Assembly: GCA_050260015.1 (NCBI GenBank)
Contig: JBLNBN010000039.1
Coordinates: 93,944-157,943, forward strand
Length of the DNA stretch: 64,000 nucleotides
Source of the DNA: Chloroflexota bacterium
GTDB lineage: Bacteria; Bacteroidota; Ignavibacteria; Kapaibacteriales; UBA2268
Direction: 5' to 3'
Shown here: positions 58,166 to 64,000 of the stretch, in pieces
Position numbering within the stretch: the first letter of the stretch is position 1
Layout: each line of letters begins with the position of its first letter
The notes under the pieces: model-generated
Told to the model about the DNA's origin: nothing
The model's input: the letters and a program-made list of their open reading frames with translations, nothing else
The model's database searches: none
Translations under genes and position numbers: made by a program

Positions 58166-59581
58166 ATGAAAAAACTATTCCTTCTTTCCTCGATCGTTTT
58201 TGTACTGCTGAGCGTTATCGCAACGGCGCAGGATATAAAGGTCCTTAACTTTTACGACGGCGATACATACTTCGACGGGCATGTTGCAAGTAAAATGGCT
58301 TATGACCATTATCGGAACAAAGTTTACTGTGTAACAGTAGATACAAAAAATGCTAATCAAAATCGATACTTTTTAAGGATGTTGGAAGACGGGGCTTGGC
58401 AACAAATCAACACTGTAGAGCAGGGGTATCCCTACGGGGATACGCTATTTATTAAGGGAATAGATATTGACAAGCATAGCCGGGTTTGGATAACAACTTC
58501 CGAGGGTTTTCTTAAGTATGAGAATGAGAAGTGGGAAAAAATCGAGACAGAAGATATTGAAGGATTGAAGGTCAAATCATACGTAGCGGTAATTCCTGAT
58601 TCATTAGGAAATGCGTTTTTATATATTAATTATGGCTATTTGTTTTATAGCGGCGGTCCCGTGACCCAGATAATGCGGATGAACTTATATAAATATATGC
58701 CGGAAGGCAACACGCTGATTTACAGTTGCGATTCGGCGAACTATGTTGATAATCCTGTAAGACTTGGTGGCATCTCCCCGCGGGCTTATTGCGCGGACGA
58801 CAAGGGAAATATTTGGCTTGCTAGCGATCAAAATACCAATGGAGAAGACGACTTTCCAAAAATAAAGGGGATGATGCGATATAGCGACACAGAAGGAAAA
58901 TTTGAATTTTTTGAAATGAAGAATTTAAGCAAAAATATGCAGCGTATCATGCCCCAACAGCTTATATATGATAAAGATCATTTATGGCTTGTCAACGGAT
59001 GGAGCTATGCCGGAGGAATCAGTAGAATGAGCCTGCAGACGCAGGAATGGGAACTTTTTGACAGTTTCGACGGAATGAAGGACTTGAGTTCAGCTTTTCA
59101 CAGATTGCAAACAATGGTTCAGGACGGCGATTCTATACTTTGGGGTGGAACATTCGGCTGGGGCTTACTTAAATTCGACCTGAAGGCTAAAAAAGTAGAA
59201 CGAATCAGCTTTGCTGATGTCCTGAATCGCGACGACTTAAGGTATAAATTAAACGAAGTATACAATAGCTTTAAGGATAAAGACGGCAACAACTGGTTCG
59301 TCACGCGGGCTGGAATTATTAAAACGGAAGGAAAGAAGACGACGTCCGCGGATAACGTTGAGGAGCCCAGGTTTGGCGTCTTTCCCAATCCCGCAAGCGA
59401 TCGCATATCAATTACCGGTCTTGATATAAATTTAAGCGGAAAGGTCGCAATCTATTCCCAATTAGGCGTAAAGGCGCTCGAAACATCAGCCGTCGAAGGA
59501 ATGATCGACGTTTCGTCGCTTCCCGCGGGCGTTTACCTATTGCGGGCGGGCGGCGGCGCGGCGAAATTCGTAAAGATATAA
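58166..59581 (+). CDS. Secreted beta-propeller (Reg_prop-like repeats) protein with C-terminal T9SS sorting domain
   Basis: Signal peptide. Repeats 'WITTSEGFLKYE', 'IWLASDQNTNG', 'ILWGGTFGWGLLKFD'. C-terminal 'FGVFPNPASDRISI...GVYLLRAGGGAAKFVKI'. Low GC. Confidence 0.7.
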   Translation: MKKLFLLSSIVFVLLSVIATAQDIKVLNFYDGDTYFDGHVASKMAYDHYRNKVYCVTVDTKNANQNRYFLRMLEDGAWQQINTVEQGYPYGDTLFIKGIDIDKHSRVWITTSEGFLKYENEKWEKIETEDIEGLKVKSYVAVIPDSLGNAFLYINYGYLFYSGGPVTQIMRMNLYKYMPEGNTLIYSCDSANYVDNPVRLGGISPRAYCADDKGNIWLASDQNTNGEDDFPKIKGMMRYSDTEGKFEFFEMKNLSKNMQRIMPQQLIYDKDHLWLVNGWSYAGGISRMSLQTQEWELFDSFDGMKDLSSAFHRLQTMVQDGDSILWGGTFGWGLLKFDLKAKKVERISFADVLNRDDLRYKLNEVYNSFKDKDGNNWFVTRAGIIKTEGKKTTSADNVEEPRFGVFPNPASDRISITGLDINLSGKVAIYSQLGVKALETSAVEGMIDVSSLPAGVYLLRAGGGAAKFVKI

Positions 59582-59597
59582 GAACGTCACGCGAAGC

Positions 59598-59627
59598 GAG
59601 GAATCCAAAGGATATTGTGGATTCCTC
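59598..59627 (+). repeat. Perfect 10-bp hairpin of the GAGGAATCC repeat family immediately after the T9SS gene
   Basis: GAGGAATCCA / TGGATTCCTC, preceded by 'GTCACGCGAAGCGAGGAATCCAAAG' (module 1 consensus). Confidence 0.45.
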
Positions 59628-59979
59628 TTTACTACGTTCATTGGAATAAAAGGTCGTTTCCATTACAGAGAATAACGCGCAAGCGCTTGGTAATAGGAAG
59701 CTTAGTTCTCCCTCTAAAAAGAGGGAGCTAGAGGGTGTGTAATATTTTTCTTTGATTCGTAGGAATTTTCGTTAATAGGACAGAACACATCCCCTAACCC
59801 CTCCTTGATAGAAGGGGAACCAAGTCTTCTATTTTTATAGGTTTAGCGCGTCACATTCGGAAAGTAAGCCTGAGACGCTCCTATTAATTGTTAATTGATA
59901 TTTGACCTTTGATTTACAGTCCCGCAGGGGCGAAACTATCAGTTCCGGTATGCTGTAACGCCGTCCCTCTGGAACTACG

Positions 59980-60018
59980 ATAAAAAAAGCGTCCCGTTTT
60001 GCGCGGGACGCTTTTTTA
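59980..60018. terminator. Bidirectional rho-independent terminator (serves mdh on the minus strand)
   Basis: A7, GCGTCCCG (59988-59995) / CGGGACGC (60003-60010), then T6. Confidence 0.7.
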
Positions 60019-60042
60019 TTTAACTTTCGTCGTAGAAGTAAA

Positions 60043-60993
<951 letters not shown>

Positions 60994-61354
60994 TTAAAAA
61001 GATAGTGCCAGATTTATCAATATTTGTTACTTTTTAGGTATTGATCTTTACCATCCGCAATTTATAACGAAAAAAAGCCATTTTAAATTTAAGTAATAAT
61101 TTATCGAGGAAATAAATTAAAAAAAGGCATAAATAAAAAAGAAATAATTCATGTAAATTCACTTGTGACGATTTCTACTACTTTTTCTACGATTCAAAAA
61201 TTTAACTTATATAATTACGTGTTTATTTTGTAACTTTAACTGCGGCGAAGGGTATATACAGTATGCAGTTAAATAGAATTTATTTTTACTTATAGGATGA
61301 CGCTCGCGTTTTCAGTAACGTCTTATAGTCCAATAAAATAGGAGAAAGCGGACG

Positions 61355-64000
61355 ATGAGCTTTATTATACGAATTTCTTCAGCTCTTACGCTAGCGATAT
61401 TGTGGTTCATGACGGGAGCTTTTGCGCAGGAGATTGATAGCCGCGGAACCGACTTTTGGTTGGCTTTTATGCCGAATTTCCATAATAATTTCGAGTTCGG
61501 GCCCGAAACGCTCGAGGATTCATTGTATATCTTCATTGCCGCGACCGAACCCGTAAGCGGGAAGATAGAATATTACGATCAGTTCGGTGCCCCTCACGTA
61601 CGTAATTTTAGAATATTGGATCCGCGGCAGGTCTATATCTTCAGCCTCCAATTCTACGACTACGAAGTCCGCGGGTACAATCGCAGCGGCGAAAGGACTA
61701 CGCAGCACGACGAAGGCAAGGTGAGCAAGCTGTCCTTCCACGTTACCAGCGATAAAGATATTTCAGTTTACGGTCACAGCCAGGCCAACACTACGAGCGA
61801 GGCGTTTCTCGTTATCCCCACGGACGCGCTCGGAAGGGAGTATTACGCGATGTCGTACTACAGCGACGGCACGTACTCCCCGGGGAGCGGCATGGGAGAC
61901 CATCGCACGCCGTCGCAAATTCTAATCGTCGGCACGGAGGACAATACAAGGGTCACAATATCGCCCTCGGTTAGGACTAATACTCATGGCTCGAAACCGC
62001 ACGATATCACGCTCAATCGTGGCGAAACGTACCTTGAGCAGGCCTACATCGACAATAATAACGAATCGCTGGACCTTACCGGGTCGTATATCAAATCCGA
62101 TAAGCCGGTCGCCCTTTTCGGCGGGCACCAACGATGCCGCGTGCCAATAAGCTGGGGCAATTCCCGCGACTGCCTAATCGAGCAGATGCCCCCCGTCTCC
62201 ACCTGGGGAACGAACGCCGCCCTCGTGCCGTTCGTCAAGCCAATAGACGACCCCTCCAGCGTCGAGGATCGGTATAGAGTGCTCGCAGCCAACGACGGTA
62301 CGGAAGTAACGCTCCCAAATAATGAAAAAATCGTTCTGAACGCGGGCAAGTTCGTCGAGAGAAATTTAAGCCTTACCCAAGGCTCCTACATAACTGCGAC
62401 TAAGCCCATTCTCGTAACTCAGTATAAACGCACGAGCGGCGGCGGAATGAGCAATTCCGTAAACGGCGATCCGCTAATGATGATCATTCCGCCCGTGGAG
62501 CAGTTCAACGATTTTTATAGAATAATAAATGTGCAGGCGTATGAATGGGGCAGCGAAGTTTATATGTATCAATATATTACGGTAGTCGGAACGAAAAGCA
62601 TAATGGGCAAGCTTGTCATCGACGGAGTAAAAGTAGCGGACGACGCATTTAACCCCATTACAAATAGTAGCGATTACGTTTATGCGCACACCCAGGTAGG
62701 CGACGGAGCGCACACCGTTACAGCCGACGGGGAACGCTTCGGTATATACGTTTACGGCTATGGCCGGGCCAATTCCTACGGCTATTATGGCGGTATGAAT
62801 CTTATTAAATTCGATCCGTACCCGCCGCAGCTGCAGGCAGATATCGATTGCTTCGAGGTCCGCGGCGTCATGTCCGACTCCAGCGAAGGGGATAAGGGGT
62901 TGGACACCGTCTTTTTCGATCCCTTAAAGTCTGAAAACGTCGATATCTCCATTAATTCCAAAACGGAAAAATCGGTTCGGTTTACCGCACGCTTAGTCGA
63001 TATATACCAGGACGGCGAATTTACCGTGGAAGCGAGGGACAAGAGCACCCGCGAAACAGTTAGCTCTATCGAGATTCCAGGCTTCACTTTCTCCACGACT
63101 GGAACAAAGGACTTTAAAACGCTCGACTTTATAGATACTCTTGCCGCAGGCGATAGAATTTGCGTTGATATTCCAATAACCAATTATGGAAAGCATAAAC
63201 AAACCCTGACGCGCCTCGGCATGAAAGCGGGCCTGCCCGGGAGTACGTTCGACGGCTTGCCGCTCGAGCTCGGTCCCGGGGAGACGGGAACTCTTCGCTA
63301 CTGCTTCGGCTCGAACGAAACCATGCATTACCTAGACACTATCCGGATCGGCACGGACTGCGCGATGAGAACTTTCGCGACGCTGGATTACCTGATAGCG
63401 AAGGATACCCTGCCGCCTCAATCGCTCGTAGTGGACGACCCATGCCTGAAGAACATCAAAGCCTATATTACTGAAAACTTTAAGTTTGACAAAGGTATAA
63501 AAAGCTATTCAATTAAGGCGGAAAATATGGAGTACCACGTCGACTCCGTTTCCGTAAAACTTATTACGTTTACCGTAGGGATTATAGACCCGATGCTGGA
63601 CGCGTCCCTGGAAATCACTTCGGTCGACAGCGTGGGAAATTCCGTCGTCAGGACGATTAGTTATCCCGGCTTTACGCTTTCGTTCTCGTCGCACTCAGGC
63701 GAAGCTCTTGATTTTGGCGATCGCAAAATCGGCGCGTATTCCTGCGACTCGATATATATCACCAACTATGGCAAGTACCTGATAACTTTACCGGATATTT
63801 ACGTTTACGGCAACGTCAGGTTCTCCGTGCCTCAATCGCAGATGCCTTTAAGGATCGCGCCCAACGAAACCCTCGCCCTGGGCGTCTGCTACCTCCCGCG
63901 GGAGGCCGATGGGGATCGTGACTTCGATTCGCTGCGGATCAGCATGAACTGCGTCGATAGGATCGTTCGATTGCTTGGCGAGCCGACCCCGATTCGTTAC
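61355..64000 (+). CDS. Large secreted protein with IgGFc-binding-like N-terminal domain (3' partial, reading frame open to window end)
   Basis: Not in the ORF track because no stop falls within the window. Manual translation from ATG 61355 gives >880 aa with no stops: signal peptide 'LTLAILWFMTGAFAQ', then 'GTDFWLAFMPN'. Confidence 0.6.
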   Translation, partial: MSFIIRISSALTLAILWFMTGAFAQEIDSRGTDFWLAFMPNFHNNFEFGPETLEDSLYIFIAATEPVSGKIEYYDQFGAPHVRNFRILDPRQVYIFSLQFYDYEVRGYNRSGERTTQHDEGKVSKLSFHVTSDKDISVYGHSQANTTSEAFLVIPTDALGREYYAMSYYSDGTYSPGSGMGDHRTPSQILIVGTEDNTRVTISPSVRTNTHGSKPHDITLNRGETYLEQAYIDNNNESLDLTGSYIKSDKPVALFGGHQRCRVPISWGNSRDCLIEQMPPVSTWGTNAALVPFVKPIDDPSSVEDRYRVLAANDGTEVTLPNNEKIVLNAGKFVERNLSLTQGSYITATKPILVTQYKRTSGGGMSNSVNGDPLMMIIPPVEQFNDFYRIINVQAYEWGSEVYMYQYITVVGTKSIMGKLVIDGVKVADDAFNPITNSSDYVYAHTQVGDGAHTVTADGERFGIYVYGYGRANSYGYYGGMNLIKFDPYPPQLQADIDCFEVRGVMSDSSEGDKGLDTVFFDPLKSENVDISINSKTEKSVRFTARLVDIYQDGEFTVEARDKSTRETVSSIEIPGFTFSTTGTKDFKTLDFIDTLAAGDRICVDIPITNYGKHKQTLTRLGMKAGLPGSTFDGLPLELGPGETGTLRYCFGSNETMHYLDTIRIGTDCAMRTFATLDYLIAKDTLPPQSLVVDDPCLKNIKAYITENFKFDKGIKSYSIKAENMEYHVDSVSVKLITFTVGIIDPMLDASLEITSVDSVGNSVVRTISYPGFTLSFSSHSGEALDFGDRKIGAYSCDSIYITNYGKYLITLPDIYVYGNVRFSVPQSQMPLRIAPNETLALGVCYLPREADGDRDFDSLRISMNCVDRIVRLLGEPTPIRY

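Noticed and set aside
43957-60042. Possibility that the dispersed repeats are a CRISPR array
   Set aside because: Copies are irregularly spaced and of different module composition. There are no uniform spacers and no cas genes in the window.

Overview
This 64 kb window is a bacterial chromosomal segment of roughly 50-58% GC with about 50 protein-coding genes and no rRNA, tRNA or CRISPR array that I could find.

Housekeeping content includes a class A penicillin-binding protein, ssb, hutU, acpS, a CobB-type sirtuin, murA, atpD-atpC, guaB, pepP, the conserved rpmH-rnpA-yidD-yidC block, a cysteine desulfurase-like aminotransferase, the fused isobutyryl-CoA mutase IcmF and an LDH-type malate dehydrogenase.

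Three groups of features stand out.

- A flagellar filament locus (fliC-fliS-fliD-flaG) sits in the same genome as secreted proteins carrying C-terminal type IX secretion (T9SS) sorting tails, a long eukaryote-like HutU, a split atpDC, and a TonB-dependent receptor paired with a DUF4249 lipoprotein. I infer a flagellated member of the Fibrobacteres-Chlorobi-Bacteroidetes (FCB) superphylum from this combination.
- A four-gene envelope cluster (24899-31996) has no recognisable named system behind it. It encodes a bitopic inner-membrane protein with a glutamate inside its transmembrane helix, two paralogous outer-membrane beta-barrel-like proteins and a vWA-OmpA lipoprotein. A paralogous vWA-OmpA lipoprotein lies at 11993-13411 downstream of MlaD-like and O-methyltransferase genes.
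- AT-richer T9SS cargo genes are embedded in unusually long intergenic regions filled with a modular hairpin-rich dispersed repeat family. These include a ~130 bp near-identical element upstream of both T9SS-tail genes.

Other notable items are a cysteine-studded tandem PAS-like sensor, a Csp-like 18-Cys four-helix-bundle protein, a soluble multi-PAS LytS-type kinase with its LytTR regulator, and a >880 aa secreted protein with an IgGFc-binding-like N-terminal domain that runs off the window end.

All functional calls come from motifs read by eye in the translations. No database search was run.
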